In this document: positions 1 to 21,526 of the stretch, one piece after another
Layout: the number at the start of each line of letters is the position of its first letter
Numbering within the stretch: the first letter of the stretch is position 1
The notes under the pieces: generated by a model
What the model saw: the letters and a program-made list of their open reading frames with translations, nothing else
Told to the model about the DNA's origin: nothing
Database searches by the model: none
NCBI GenBank assembly: GCA_002269645.1
Contig: NIVC01000001.1
Span: 2,170,001 to 2,234,000 of the forward strand
Direction of reading: 5' to 3'
DNA length: 64,000 bases
From: Macrostomum lignano
Taxonomy: Eukaryota
Position numbers and translations under genes: made by a program

Positions 1-24
1 CAATCAAGCATCAAATACACACTA

Positions 25-9022
<8,998 letters not shown>

Positions 9023-10251
9023 TTCATGGATGCAGAGCGGGTTCCGCTATCTTTATGGTCTGAAGCCCTTTGCCGATCTGCGCTAATTCATTATTAACGA
9101 ATGCTCAGCTAGAAGACTCAGTTAATTATTGAACAGAGCTCTCTCTCTTCCTCCCGTTTCTATCTATGGAGACTGGCAGAGGCTGCATGGGACAATGGGA
9201 AACTCTGCGCCTGCACTGAAAATGAAAAGTTTCCCAGTTACCTCTGGCCTCCTTTGTTGATCTGAACTAGTGTAGGAACCGATGACTCAGCGAGTCTCAT
9301 TCGACTTCCTACTCCCAGGATGTTTTCATCTCCTTCTTAGGTCCGTGTCTAAGGCTCTGAATTTTAAACAACTGAACTGGCACTGCAGTTCACTCTGCTA
9401 AGTCCTCGTTGATTGATGCACCATTTAATTTTGTAGTTCTCCTTCCCGAGAGTTGAATCGCCATCAATTAATTATTTGAGCCCCGCGATGCTTCTCGAGC
9501 ATACTAAATGCTGGCTGGGGTGAGCAAAGTTTGTAGCATGTGTACAATCAAAAACAGTAGTATTTACAGTAAAAAGGAGTAAAAGGGTCATGCAATAAAA
9601 CAGCAACAGCAAAGCAACCGCATTCAGCTGAACTGCATTGTCACTAAACCCATTGGTTATTCTTGCGATCGTATTTAAGATCGGCTACGAGCGCGGCCCT
9701 ATCGTCGCACCGGCCTGTCCCGTCCCAGCGAACTACTGCGCCGTCGGCGACTCCGGCTGGCAGTCTAAATCATGTCCACAATCGGTGCAGAAGGTGCTGC
9801 TGCTGACGCTGCTGGCAGGCACCCCACCGGCGAGGACAGGCGCGCGCTCGGCATTTCGTCGACTGCCTGCTGGCTGATGCCGGTGCCCCGGACACTGCTG
9901 TCGGTGTGGCCTAGGTTCGCGCCCTGAGACGCGCTCTGTGACAATGTCTTGCCTCTCATGACTCGCTTGACTGGCTGACAACGTGTTTTGTTGTTGAAAA
10001 GAAAAACGTCTTTATCTATATAGCTATCAACCTTGCAACACTTGTCTATGGTATAAACTTATGAGACATAAGGCCACATAAAAAAGGCAACGCGAAAATT
10101 GTCACACGCTTATCGCTAATGTCGATCCATATGTGAACTTGCTCAATGCGACAGACAATATTTACTATTGTCATATCAGAAACCATAAAGACAAAGTATA
10201 CGAAGTATTTGCGTGGAAAGGCGTTGTACTCGTAATTAATTAGTTCAAGAT

Positions 10252-13200
10252 ATGCAGGCGCGCGGCATGCTGATTCCGCCTCCCTTGACTCCGTGGAGCA
10301 TCAAGGACCAGCACTTGGCCGACTGGACTGTTGTAGTAAACAATGAGCGGGCCTTCCAGGTGAACAGCACGGCTCTGGCCAGCAACTCGAGCTATTTCTA
10401 CAAAGCCTTCTCTGCTCAGCGGGCCCACGCAGAGGCCCAGAACGGCTCTCTGTCCCGGGTCACTCGGCTGGACTATCCCGATATCGACGCAGTCGAAGAC
10501 ATCCTTGACTACATCGCCAAGGTAGGGGGGACTTAGCGATTAAGTTTGACTCTGACTCCCACGCCAAAGTATCCGGATTTTATGGGGACCGTAGCCCAGT
10601 GGTCTGGCGCGGCGCTCTGATGTGCCAGCGGCCCAGGCTCGATTCCAAGTGCAGTTACATTAATTTGGGGCTGAATTGGAATCTCGGCTTGGCTCTGCTC
10701 GTGCAATTACGAGCTAACGCCCCTGAGGCCCAACCCCCTGTTGTGTTCTAGTTGATTGATTAAATTCAATTCAGTTGGAGACACTTGAGTCTCGCTCAAT
10801 ATATTATTTATACTCATGTGCACGTTGAAAACAGTGTTACGCAATCGAAACAACGATACCATGATTGAACGCACGATGCATATAAGGTAATTGAACAATT
10901 CTAGCCCCAAAGTTAGTTAGTTACAACACCTAGGCCTGATGCACAGTCACTACATTCTCCCCCCTTCCGGAAGAGGATAACGCGCCGGTTGCCGTCGAGC
11001 TCGAGTTGACCTTCGAAGTTCAGGTGGAGGTGGCGGCTCGCCCGTCCGTGGGGGCGGAGCCGGCGGCAGCGGCAAATCGAACCAGTCGTCCTCTTGGTCG
11101 GCCGCGCCGTTGTCAGCCGGTGGGCTGTTGCACTTAACCAGCCGACTCGCTTGCCACTTTGTACCGTCGGACAGCACGAAGGTGTTGCGCCCTGCTTTGG
11201 AGGCGATCTTTAGCGGTTCCTTCAGTCGGGTCGCCAGCTTATGCGCTCGGTGCGGCGTCTGTCGCCAGACCCAGTCTCCGGCCTGGAGCATAGAGTCACG
11301 AGCTCGCCTTCGCTTGTTGGTGTAGTCGGCATTCTTGGCTTGCCTCTGTGCGATACTGTCTCGCAGGTCGCTGTCGTCCCGCTGTTGCACTGGAGTTGGC
11401 CTGAGCAGCTGCAGCCCGGACCGCAGCTTGCGCCCGATCATCAGCTCGGCTGGAGTCAGCCCGGTGAGAGCGTGCTGGCTGGTCCTGTAGGTCTTGAGCA
11501 CCAGGTCGATGGCGTCCTCGAACTTCGCTCCCGCCCTCAGGTTCGCTGCCAGGCCCTCCTTCAGACTCCGGTTGAATCGCTCGACTCCGCCGTTGCCTTG
11601 CGGGTAGTACCGGCTCACTCGGCTGTGCTTGATGCCCTCGGCTCGCAGGAACTCTTCGAACTCGTCGCTGACGAACTGGGGTCCGTTGTCGCTGATCAGC
11701 ATCTTCGGGACTCCCCACCGGCCGAATAGCTTCCGAAGCGTCTTGATGATGTTGGCAGAGGTGACGGTTTCCATGGCTGCAATCTCCGGCCACTTGCTGT
11801 ACAGGTCGTGGATCACCAGTAGAAACCGCTGGTGTCGAGGAGCCGCGGCGACCTCGCCGAAGATGTCGATCTCGACCTTGTCCCACGGTCCATCTGGCCA
11901 CTCGATTGGTGTCACGATCGTCTGTTGAGGCTTGCCGGACTTCTCCGCCAGAGTGCAGGCCGTGCAGTTCTTGACGTAGTCCTCCACCTGCCGGTCAATT
12001 CCAGGAAACCAGACCGTGTCGCGGCACCGCTGCTTTGACCGAACGACGCCCGGATGCCCTTCGTGGGCCTCCTCGATGACTTGAAGTCGCAGGCTCGTCG
12101 GGATGATCGCGCGTTCACCACGACCGAGGCACTGACCGTTGTTCCAGCAGAACAGCTCGTCCCGGACGTTGAAGTACGGCTTTAGAGAGCTGTCCACCTT
12201 CGTTGGCCAGCCGCCCGAGATGTACTGCAAAACCGCCTGCAGCACTTCGTCCTCCTTGGTCGCCGTTGCCAGTGCGTCTGCCGTCAGCGTTGTCTTCGAG
12301 TCGACGACTGCGTAGACGTAGCCCTCCTCGTCGGTCTCCTCGGCTGGAACGCGCTCCGTCGTGGCCCATCTGGACAGCATGTCCGCGCACTTGTTGTCAG
12401 CGCCAGGGATGTGCTCAAACCGGACGTCGTAGCCGCGAAGTCTCTCGACCCATCGATGAATGCGAAGAGGCCTGTGCCCCATGCCTTTCGAGTCGAGCAG
12501 AGTTGTCAGGGCCTTGTGGTCGGTGCGCAGCGTTACTCGTCTGCCGTATAGATAGTAGTGCCAGCGTTCGATGCTCCATACACAGGCCAGGGCTTCTCGC
12601 TCTCCGGCTGAGTATCGCTTTTCCGCTGGGCTGAGTGCTCTCGATGCGAACGCGATTGGCACCTCTTTTTCGTTTTGTACTTGGCTGAGCACTGCCCCAG
12701 TCCGTCTAGACTTGCATCGCAGGTGACGTACGTCTCAGCTTGGCAGTCAAAATGAGCTAACACTGGGCTGCTGGTTACGGCTGACTTGAGTGTACGGAAG
12801 GCTGTACGTTCCCGCTCACCCCAGTGCCAGTCCGCGTCCTTTTTGAGCAGTTGTCTCAGAGGCTCGGCAATTGCTGAGTAATGCGGTATGAACTTGTGCA
12901 AAAAGTTCACTGCCCCGAGAAACGATTGAATTTGCGCGACCGTTGATGGCTCAGGAATTCTTAGAATTGCGTCGAAGTTGCACTTGGTCGGTTTGATGCC
13001 GTCTGCAGAGATGACCAATCCGAAGAAATCCACGCTCGCCTGCCGGAATTTGCACTTCTCTCGATTGAGTGTGAAGCCTTCGCGATGAATCCGCCCTAGG
13101 ACTTCTCGGAGGTTCTTGTCGTGCTCAGTCTCGTCCTTGCCGTGCACCAGGATGTCGTCCACGATGTTGATGGCGCCAGGAGCTCCTCGAAGCACCGTCT

Positions 13201-13484
13201 GCAGGGCTCGCCGGAAGGCAGCTCCGGAGCTAGATAGCCCGAATGGCACCACGGTGAACTGGTACAGGCCGGCATCGGTGATGAAGCACGTCAGTCCTCG
13301 AGAGTCTGGATGCAGCGGAATCTGCTGGTAGCCTTGACGCAGGTCCAGCTTGCTGAAGCACTTCGAGCCGTTGATGCTGGCCGATAGGTCCTCGATTGAC
13401 GGTACCGGATAGCGGTCCGCGATCACCGCCTTGTTGACCTGCCGCAGATCCACGCAGAGACGAACCTTGTTGGACTCCTTCTAC

Positions 13485-13517
<33 letters not shown>

Positions 13518-16500
13518 CAACACCTAGGCCTGATGCACAGTCACTACACCCCCCAAAGCACAGTGAAGTGTACATGCTTAACGATAAATAAAGTTAGTGC
13601 CGCTGTACACTCCTGTGTGAGTGTGAGCCGGTGCGTATGACTGCGTACGTATCCGCACGCTTGTGTGCCTGCTCCGGTTGAGTGACAATGTCGCTTCAAG
13701 TGCGCCAAGGGAGCACACAGCCCGCTACCCCAATAAAAAATAATCCGGTTTCGATTCAGCGTTACTTTGTGGGGCGATCATGCGCGAAAATTGGCCCAGG
13801 GCTTGTGCAATTCTTGAGGGCCCCATGAGGGCCACCCCGATGAAAGTCAGAGCCACTATTCACCTTAAGGAGTGCATTCCTGTACGAGTACACGTGCTTA
13901 GGGGCCAGCGAAACGAGCATGACTGTTGGCCTACTGGGTTTGACTAACGCCTTGATTTGAGGCCGGGCCCAATGCCCCTTCCCTGCAAACTGAGTAGCTG
14001 ACCAAAACATCGCCTTGCAGGTGGCCCGCGCCAATGACGCCTCGCCAGTGAGGGTGGCTGATCCTGACGCCGATCTGGCGAAGCTGTTCAGCAGCGCCGA
14101 CCGGTTAAAGTCTCGCCTAAAGTCCGCAATTTTTTTTGGCGTGCCCCGACTGCTCGACGCCATCTTGAGCGGGGCGCGGCGCGGCCTGACGCTTCAAAGC
14201 TGCTGGCTGGCGGTGTCGGCGGCGTCGGATCCCGAGTGCTGCTGCAGCCTGCTCGAGAAGATCGCTCTCGACTACGCCATGTGTCATTTTTTTGAAGCGG
14301 CCGAGCAGCCGCAGTTCGTTAGCTGCGCCACTTACGAGCAGATGCGCCAGCTGCTGAAAAGCGACTACCTGAACGCGCCAAATGAATTTCAGTTATTCGA
14401 AATTGTCTGCCACTGGGTGGAGGCCGACGAGAACCGCCGGTTAAGACATTTTCCTAGCCTGCTCAGACTCATCAGGCTGGGCCGGCTGACCGAGTCCGAC
14501 CGGACCAAAATCTCTGTGCACCGCCTGGCCAGGAACACCTCTGCGGATACCGACTCAGTCCTGAGTTGGGCAACCATCGCTGCAACCAGCAGGTTGCACT
14601 ACCTGGCCATGAGGGCCAGCAACCCGGCAATTATCTGGGAGTTGCTGCTGCCGCGACTGCCGCATCAAGCGATTTTCCTCTGCGGCGGCTGGGAGGGCAG
14701 CCTTCACGATCCCTCCATTGCGCCGTCGACGTCCGTACAGGTGTTCGACCCGAACGGCTGCGGCTGGGTGCGACACGACACCTACCTGCCGGCCATGGAC
14801 ACCAGGTGATATGAGTCATTCATTATAAGTGACTTCTGATTGTGTTTTATTGGCTAATAGTCAATTTAGCAGCAACAGTCAAGGCTGACAGGGGGAGCTA
14901 ACGGGGGGGAATTGCTGAGATGTCAAGGCTTACGGGGGTATAATCGTTGAGATGCTAAGGCTAAGAGATCAGAAGCTACATTAATTTTCTTCAAAAAAAT
15001 GTTTTAAAAGTCCGTGTTGAAAGTGTATATTCAAATACATTTATTTATTATGACTTAGCTCTGGCTAAGTTCCGTGTGCTAGAACCTCAATAATAGGGTC
15101 ATTCGCTGAGTATCAGCTCAGAGGGGCTTTGGGTGAAATTTCAAGCGTTGTTTTTTTAAATATCCCGATCTTACTACTGTCAGTAGCGCTGCTTATCCAC
15201 GCAGGCACGCATACTCGGCCTGCATCGAGCTGGACAACACTGTCTACCTCATTGGCGGCTTTGTGCAACCGAAATCAGACGACGAGGCGCAAACTGAGGC
15301 GCAGGGCCCAACAGCTCGGGTCAGCGCCTATTCTCTACGCCAGCGCGTCTGGCGCGAGCGCGCAGCGATGCACGAACAGCGCAACTTTGTGAGCGCCTGT
15401 CGATGCCGTGGGAGACTGTATGCAATGGGAGGCCACAACGGACAGCAGCGGCTGGCCAGCGCCGAGTCCTATGACCCGGTGGCCAATCGGTGGCACCGGC
15501 TGGCTCCGATGCACAATGTACGCAGCGACGCCGGCGCCACCTCTTTGAACGGGCTAGTGTACATCTGCGGCGGGTTCAGCGGCTCCAGATTCTTAGCCAC
15601 ATCGGAGCAGTACGACCCGACTGCTAACCAGTGGACGGTGCTGGTGCCAATGTCTACTGGAAGATCCGGGCTGTCGGTGAGTTCATTTTACACTACATAG
15701 TAGGTAGCCTTGTTGCTCGCTTGTGCTTGTCACGCAGCGACTAATACTCGTATCTGACGGACAAGTTGACGCAAACGTTGATATGCATACATAGTTCGAT
15801 GTCCTCGAACCCTGACGCACTCAGTGTGAAGCCAGACCCTGACGCACACAGTGTGAAGCCAGACTCTGACGCACACAGTGTGAAGCCAGACCCTGACGCA
15901 CACAGTGTGAAGCCAGACCCTGACGCACACAGTGTGACGCCGAACCCTGACGCACTCAGTGTGAAGCCAGACCCTGACGCACACAGTGTGAAGCCAGACT
16001 CTGACGCACACAGTGTGAAGCCAGACCCTGACGCACACAGTGTGAAGCCAGACCCTGACGCACACAGTGTGACGCCGAACCCTGACGCACACAGTGTGAA
16101 GCCAGACCCTGACGCACAGTGTGAAGCCAGACCCTGACGCACACAGTGTGACGCCGAACTCTGACGCACACAGTGTGAAGCCAGACCCTGACGCACAGTG
16201 TGAAGCCAGACCCTGACGCACACAGTGTGACGCCGAACCCTGACGCACAGTGTGACGCCGGACCCTGACGCACAGGGTGTCGTCTATAAACGCCCTTGCT
16301 GTTTCTCAGATCAAAGTATTCTCCCCCTAAACAGGTTTGTGCATTTCAACGGTACATCTTTGTTATGGGTGGCAACAATGGCATCCAACGACTGGCCTCT
16401 GTGGAGCGCTATGATCCTGAGACAAACGTCTGGACAGAGGTTGCCCCGATGCTCACCCAGAGGAGCAACTTCTGCTCAGCCGTACTGCACGATCGCATTT

Positions 16501-16694
16501 ACGCTATCGGAGGCTGGTCAGACGAGACCCGGTCCACGGTGCGGTCAGTGGAGGTTTACAAAATGGACGGCGTCTGGGACTCGAGCATTCGACTGGAAAT
16601 TGCAAACTCGGCTTGCAGCTGCTGCACCATCACCGACTGCTACCTGATTGAGCCGCTCCTGTCAACTAGGAGAAGCGGCGCATTAGCTAGCTAG
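10252..16694 (+). CDS. KLHL10: Kelch-like protein paralog A (BTB-BACK-Kelch, KLHL10-like), 4 exons, 628 aa
   Basis: Exons 10252-10521, 14021-14805, 15205-15676 and 16335-16694 join in frame (1887 nt) through GT-AG sites. Kelch repeats (RNFVSAC..LYAMGGHNG, RSDAGATSLNGLVYICGGF, RSGLSV, RSNFCSAV, SACSCC) resemble KLHL10 family repeats as I recall them. Orthology is not tested. Confidence 0.8.
10584..10655 (+). other. tRNA-derived SINE-like head in intron 1 of kelch A
   Basis: A-box-like TAGCCCAGTGG and B-box-like GGCTCGATTCC at tRNA-like spacing. No intact acceptor stem. Confidence 0.35.
10911..13548 (-). mobile_element. Ty3/Gypsy LTR retrotransposon, internally deleted (RT-RH-IN only), in intron 1 of kelch A
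   Basis: RT (VDLRQVN, LDLRQGYQQI, IVDD), RNase H (CDAS, ERE, TDHK) and integrase (AHEGHPG..CTAC, DIFG, SDNGPQF, NGGVERFNR) motifs. One 1-bp frameshift in a G run near 12696. Identical 44-bp LTR stubs at 10911-10954 and 13505-13548, starting TGTA on the minus strand. Polypurine tract at 10955-10968. gag, protease and PBS are absent. Confidence 0.93.
15807..16274. repeat. 27-bp minisatellite (about 17 copies, with 25-bp variants) in intron 3 of kelch A
   Basis: Unit CCCTGACGCACACAGTGTGAAGCCAGA, containing the palindrome CACAC-A-GTGTG. Confidence 0.92.
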
Positions 16695-17289
16695 CGGGCC
16701 TGAAGTATTAGTCTGACTGAGGTGTATCACTGTGTATCATGTAACGAAGATGTACGTACGTCGAGAAGTTTAAATGCTTGAATGTTTTTGGGTGTAAATT
16801 GCACTTTCTGAAATAGGGTAAAGGAGTGAAGAGAGTAAATTTCGTAGGACTTATACTAGAGTATGGGTAGTGGTTGTAAAGTGTGTAGAGGGCAGTTTAT
16901 AGCCTTATGAGATTTTCTGATTTAAACAATGCCTTGTGTAATGCTTTTTTATAGGGACATTTTCTAATAAACATATTAAATAAATTGAATAAGTTAACAC
17001 CGTTAAATTAATTATTACTGCTTAATCACATTTGTAGTTCCCATGCCTAGTTCCCGTTCCTGAAGAAGCAATTGTTGTAAAAATACGAGTATTTTGAGAA
17101 GATCACAAAGATAACGAAACCATCGCTACAGAGCTGTTTTTTTAAGTCAGGCATATTTGATCAAATATTTCTTCTACTGAAGATTATTTTGTATCAAAAA
17201 ACAACAGAGAAACAGCATGAAACACTGGGTACCTGTAATGACAGCAGCAGCAGAAGACATTTGGTAGCACCAAGCATGGAAGCCGGGAC

Positions 17290-17606
17290 CCGAGTTCGAT
17301 AGCCGGGTTGAGGAAGCCAGCTTCAGGAGGGCCACAACGGGGCGTTGTGGCACATAAGGAGAATCGGGCTGCAGGATGATGGAAGATGCCGGATGTGCGG
17401 AGAAGAGGATGAGACGATTGAGCACCTGCTGGACTACATGGCCACGAAGATGAGAAGAAGGACGTGGGGCCTCATAAAACTGAGCGACCTCAGCGCTTAA
17501 CCATGCGAGGCCAAAAAAATTTGGGAATGGTGGAAGAAACACCCACCGTGGAAAAGCTAAGTCGCACTTTGGGTCGTATCAACAACAAAAACAACAACAA
17601 CAACAG
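17290..17606 (+). mobile_element. Non-LTR retrotransposon 3' fragment (zinc knuckle plus CAA-rich tail)
   Basis: Frame from 17348 reads WHIRRIGLQDDGRCRMCGEEDETIEHLL, a typical LINE C-terminal CxxC..H motif. It is followed by a (CAA)n-like tail at about 17580-17606. Confidence 0.6.
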
Positions 17607-17804
17607 ACAGCAGCAGCACCTCCAACACCTGCACCAGCTGTGGGCAGTACGACTCAGTGCGGATGATGTGGCCGGCCAGCTGGAGTCGCTGACAATAAAA
17701 CAGGTCGCTTGCAAGGACCAGGCGGGCGCGGCGAGAAGATTCCGCATGGGCGACTCGATTTTCGCCGACTTTGGTGACTCTATGTTCGAGCGAGTCCGTC
17801 AGCG

Positions 17805-18600
17805 TACTTACTTGACTCAGCTACAGGGGTTCCGGGCATCCGGATGCAGCGGGGAGGCGTCACCGCCCATTCCACTAACCCCTGGCGACCACGGACAGCT
17901 GGTGCTGCGGTATTGCGCAGGAAGATCCGGTGGTGCCGGTGTCCATAGCGCGGTCCCCCTCCAAGCTGGATTCCAGGAGGTGGATGATAGCAGACGAGCC
18001 GGCAGAGATTCTCGGGCCTGAAAACGTCGGAGAGGTCCGGGTTTGTGCCGAGGTAGTCGAGCCTGTCCTGAGTAAAGGCATGAAGTGCTCCGCATTCTCG
18101 ACACCGCGCCGTAGATGCAAAATAGGCATTCCTTGCTACGGATTTTCCCTGGAGGTGACGATGCCTGGCAAAAACAGCCATGACCCGAGAGGGCCATGGT
18201 CACCGCCCTGATGTCCCTGCGGTTGAGTCCAAGCAGAGCCCTGCACAGAGCGGGAGGACAGTGAACAGCCGCGAGAGATTGCCGGCAGTCGAGGGTGTTA
18301 GCCCACCTCTCCCTGTGCTTTTAAGGCACCAATGGTTGATCCGAGTGGTGACAACGGCGGTCGAGGTGGGGGCCACGGGCAGGGGACCAGTAAAAGAACC
18401 GGTCGAGTCAGTCTTGGCCAGACAATCGGCCAACTCGTTGCCGGGGTGGCGCGAGTGCCCGGGGATCCGCCTTAGGGACACCTTGTCGCAGGCGCCTAAG
18501 CGGTTGTCAGCGTCCATGTGTACAGCGCAGTACTTTGGATCAGGTCAGTCACCGCGTGGAACAGCGTTGGTAGGGACTTTGACTTTGAACTCGTAGAGTT
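17805..18600 (-). mobile_element. Decayed non-LTR retrotransposon 3' fragment with RNase H and zinc knuckle
   Basis: RIPGHSRHPGNELADCLAK is an RNase H C-terminal motif. A downstream frameshifted frame reads LSGHGCF..ECLFC (zinc-knuckle region). Confidence 0.65.
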
Positions 18601-19318
18601 CTGCGTCAGTTCATCCGTCGAAAAAAAAACAAATTGATTTGTTGGTTTTTATGTTAATATTTTGAAGACTCTTGACTTATTTGACTTAGCTGCAGGGCCG
18701 TCCGAGAGGTGAGGGTTTGGTTCGGGATGATGCAGCTAATTATTGTTAAAGACTGGTCAGAAAGAATGCTCAAATTAAGATTCCATGTTAATTTTATCTC
18801 CTACGTACAATCGTACATGTCCTGTGCCGAAAAATTATAGAAATGGAGCAGCTCGCCTCATTGGTTTTATAAATCTATATTATCGTTTTTTTATACATTT
18901 TTACGTAGTAAATAAGCTTTGATTGCCGTTAAAGTTTTCAATTATTCCAAGTTCTGCATGTGTACTCGAAATTTTAAGTGTTTGTTTGTTTTGCTATAAG
19001 TGCACTTAGTCCGTTTCTTAGACATGGCGGGCCTATTTTCAGGACTGGTGAACTAAAATTAACATTGAAATTTACCAAAGACTAAGAAGTTAAAATAAAA
19101 TTATATAATAAAAGCTTCAATGAACTCCATGAGTTAGTCAGAGGAGGTTAGTATTCCTTCAAACATGATTTAGGCATGAAGTTGAAAAGGCACGCAAATA
19201 AGATAAAGAGCAGTGAGGTCGCTCGGTACATCAGTATTCTTAGGTTACAGACAATTCGAAATAACCGAACGAAAATTTGAGTCCATTCTCACTATTACGA
19301 GCGTAAACTAAGCGGAGA

Positions 19319-21526
19319 ATGGAGTTCGTAACGCTTCCAATCAACGTGTGGCTCGATACGGAGTTCTTCTCGGCCGATTGGACCATCGTGTTGAACTCGC
19401 AGAAGGCTTTCAGAGTAAACAGCAAAGTCCTGGCTCGCTACTCTCGCTATTTCTACAAGCTGTTCGCCTCTGCAATACGCACTGCTCAGCCTGCCATGAC
19501 TGCCGTGACCTATTCCGACCCGCTGGACTTCAGCAACCTGATGGCCTACCTTCACTACATAGATGAGCACCGAGACAGCGAGCGCGTGCCAACAGAAACC
19601 AACGCTGCTGATGACAGCATGAATGAGCAGTTCCTAGGGAGTCTCATGCAGGACGCCGACCTACTCAAGAGACGCCTCAGTTTGGCGAAGCACTTCGAGA
19701 TACCCTTCCTGATTGACGCAATCGTGAGCACTGCGATCAAGAAGCTCAGTCCCTATAACTGCTGGATGGTGATGACTACAGCTGTTGATCCTGAGTGCAA
19801 CTGCAAGCTTTTGTACGATTTCGCTAAGGATTTCATTCTGGAGCACTTTGTCGCTGCAACCGAACAGCCGCAGTTTGTTAAGCTGTGCTCGGGTGAACAG
19901 CTGTGCGAGCTGATTGACAGCAAGTACCTGAACGTGCCAGCCGAGATCGTAATCTTCGATGTCATTTGCCGGTGGATCGAGACGGAGCAGCTCGACCGTA
20001 GCAAGTACTTCTGTGACCTGGTTCACCGAATGAGACACTTCATGATAACTGACACTCAGCTGCAGGAGATGTCCGCTCACCATCTGGCCCAAACAGCAGA
20101 GTGGCAGTCCATACTGAGTACATACTTCGGGAAAGACAGAACTGCAGACAGCAGTGAGAGGCAACAAAGCCGGCTTCCTCGCCAGGCGGCGTTCCTCTGC
20201 TGTGGAAGTGTCCCATATAATGTTGTTTCACGTGAACAAGTTGTACAAGTGTTTAACCCGATACTGTCTGAGATGGTTGTCCACAGTAATTTCTCGCCGG
20301 CTACCAACTTCCGTACCATAGAGGCTGTCTGTCTGCATCTAGACAACCTCGTGTATGTCATTGGTGGCGTAACTTGTCAGGACGAAAATTGTTTTAAAAC
20401 GTCCCGAGAAGTTCACATTTTTGATTTGCGACTTCGCATCTGGCGTCCGGGCACCCCGCTATCAAATTCCCGTACCCAAGCCTGCGGCTGTGTGTGCGAC
20501 GGCTTGATCTACGTGATGGGCGGCACTAAGGAATTCAATAGTTACTTTAAGTTCAGATACTCGTCCCTAGGCATTGTTGAGCAGTATAACCCAGCTACTG
20601 GCCTCTGGCGGCCGCGGCAGAATATGTTGGTAACTCGGGTTGCAGCCAGCGCTGCCAGTCTAAATGGAATGGTTTATGTGTGCATGGGAGCCTGGCACTC
20701 ATCCATGGAGCAATACGACTGTCAGAATGACCAGTGGACTCTGCTGACTGCAACCCTGCCAGTCGAACTTGTTGGATTTTCTGTGAGTTCTAGTTGCTAA
20801 TGCAAATAAGTATCATGTCATTTAATTGGCTAAATTGTTGTTTTAAGCATTGAACTGTTAAAATCAGACGACATAAGCCGGGGGAGAGCAGAGAAATGCA
20901 ATGTAGCTACTTGAAAGCTTGTAGTACAAAACTATTGGAGTCGAAAATATGAAAGAATGATGAACGCGCCTACATGTACCTCTACCTGTACATGTTGATT
21001 GCATGTTAATGCCCACAAAAAACTGCTGTAGTTCGTAAATTTAAGCTGAAAAAACAACAACCTTTGTTTGTTTGCCCGAAAACATTCACTTAAAAACATA
21101 TCGTGCAATAAATGTCATGCTATTTCCAATGTTTATTTTCAGCTCGTGGCATTTGACAACTGTCTATACGCAATCGGGGGAAGGAAGCATCGAAAATCGA
21201 TCGGAACTAAAGAGGTGTATTGCTACAACGCAGAGGAGCAGAGTTGGTCTAAGACGGCTCCACTGCTCAGCAAGCGCATGTATCATAGCGCAACAGTGTT
21301 GAATGGTTATATATACGTGTTTGGTGGTGAAGCTGAGACTTTTGGAGGACTGAGTCAAAAAGAAGCGCAATTGTCTGTTCAACGCTGGAATCCCAGCCAA
21401 GAATCCTGGACTTTGTGTAAACCTGCCAGTTGTACGAGTCCAGGTACGTTTGTCAGTGATCTCTGCTTCCTAGGCTGCTGCACTATCTCTGGGTGCGACT
21501 ATATCGAGCCCCTTTTGAATCATTAG
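19319..21526 (+). CDS. Kelch-like protein paralog B (BTB-BACK-Kelch), 2 exons, 615 aa
   Basis: Exon 1 is 19319-20782 (TCT|gtgagt) and exon 2 is 21143-21526 (ttttcag|CTC GTG GCA), phase 0. BTB (ADWTIVLN..SRYFYKLF), BACK (LNVPAEIVIFDVICRWI) and kelch repeats (VYVIGG, IYVMGG, LYAIGG, IYVFGG). The intron is at the same position as kelch A intron 3. Confidence 0.88.

Noticed and set aside
13797-13985. Possible CAGGG...CCCTG MITE before kelch A exon 2
   Set aside because: The termini are too degenerate and no TSD could be identified.
15807-16274. 27-bp minisatellite resembling a hammerhead (CUGACG-CACAC/GUGUG-AAG)
   Set aside because: A9 and A15.1 are wrong and there is no UH cleavage triplet or stem I. 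It is also not a CRISPR array, since there are no unique spacers and the sequence is eukaryotic.
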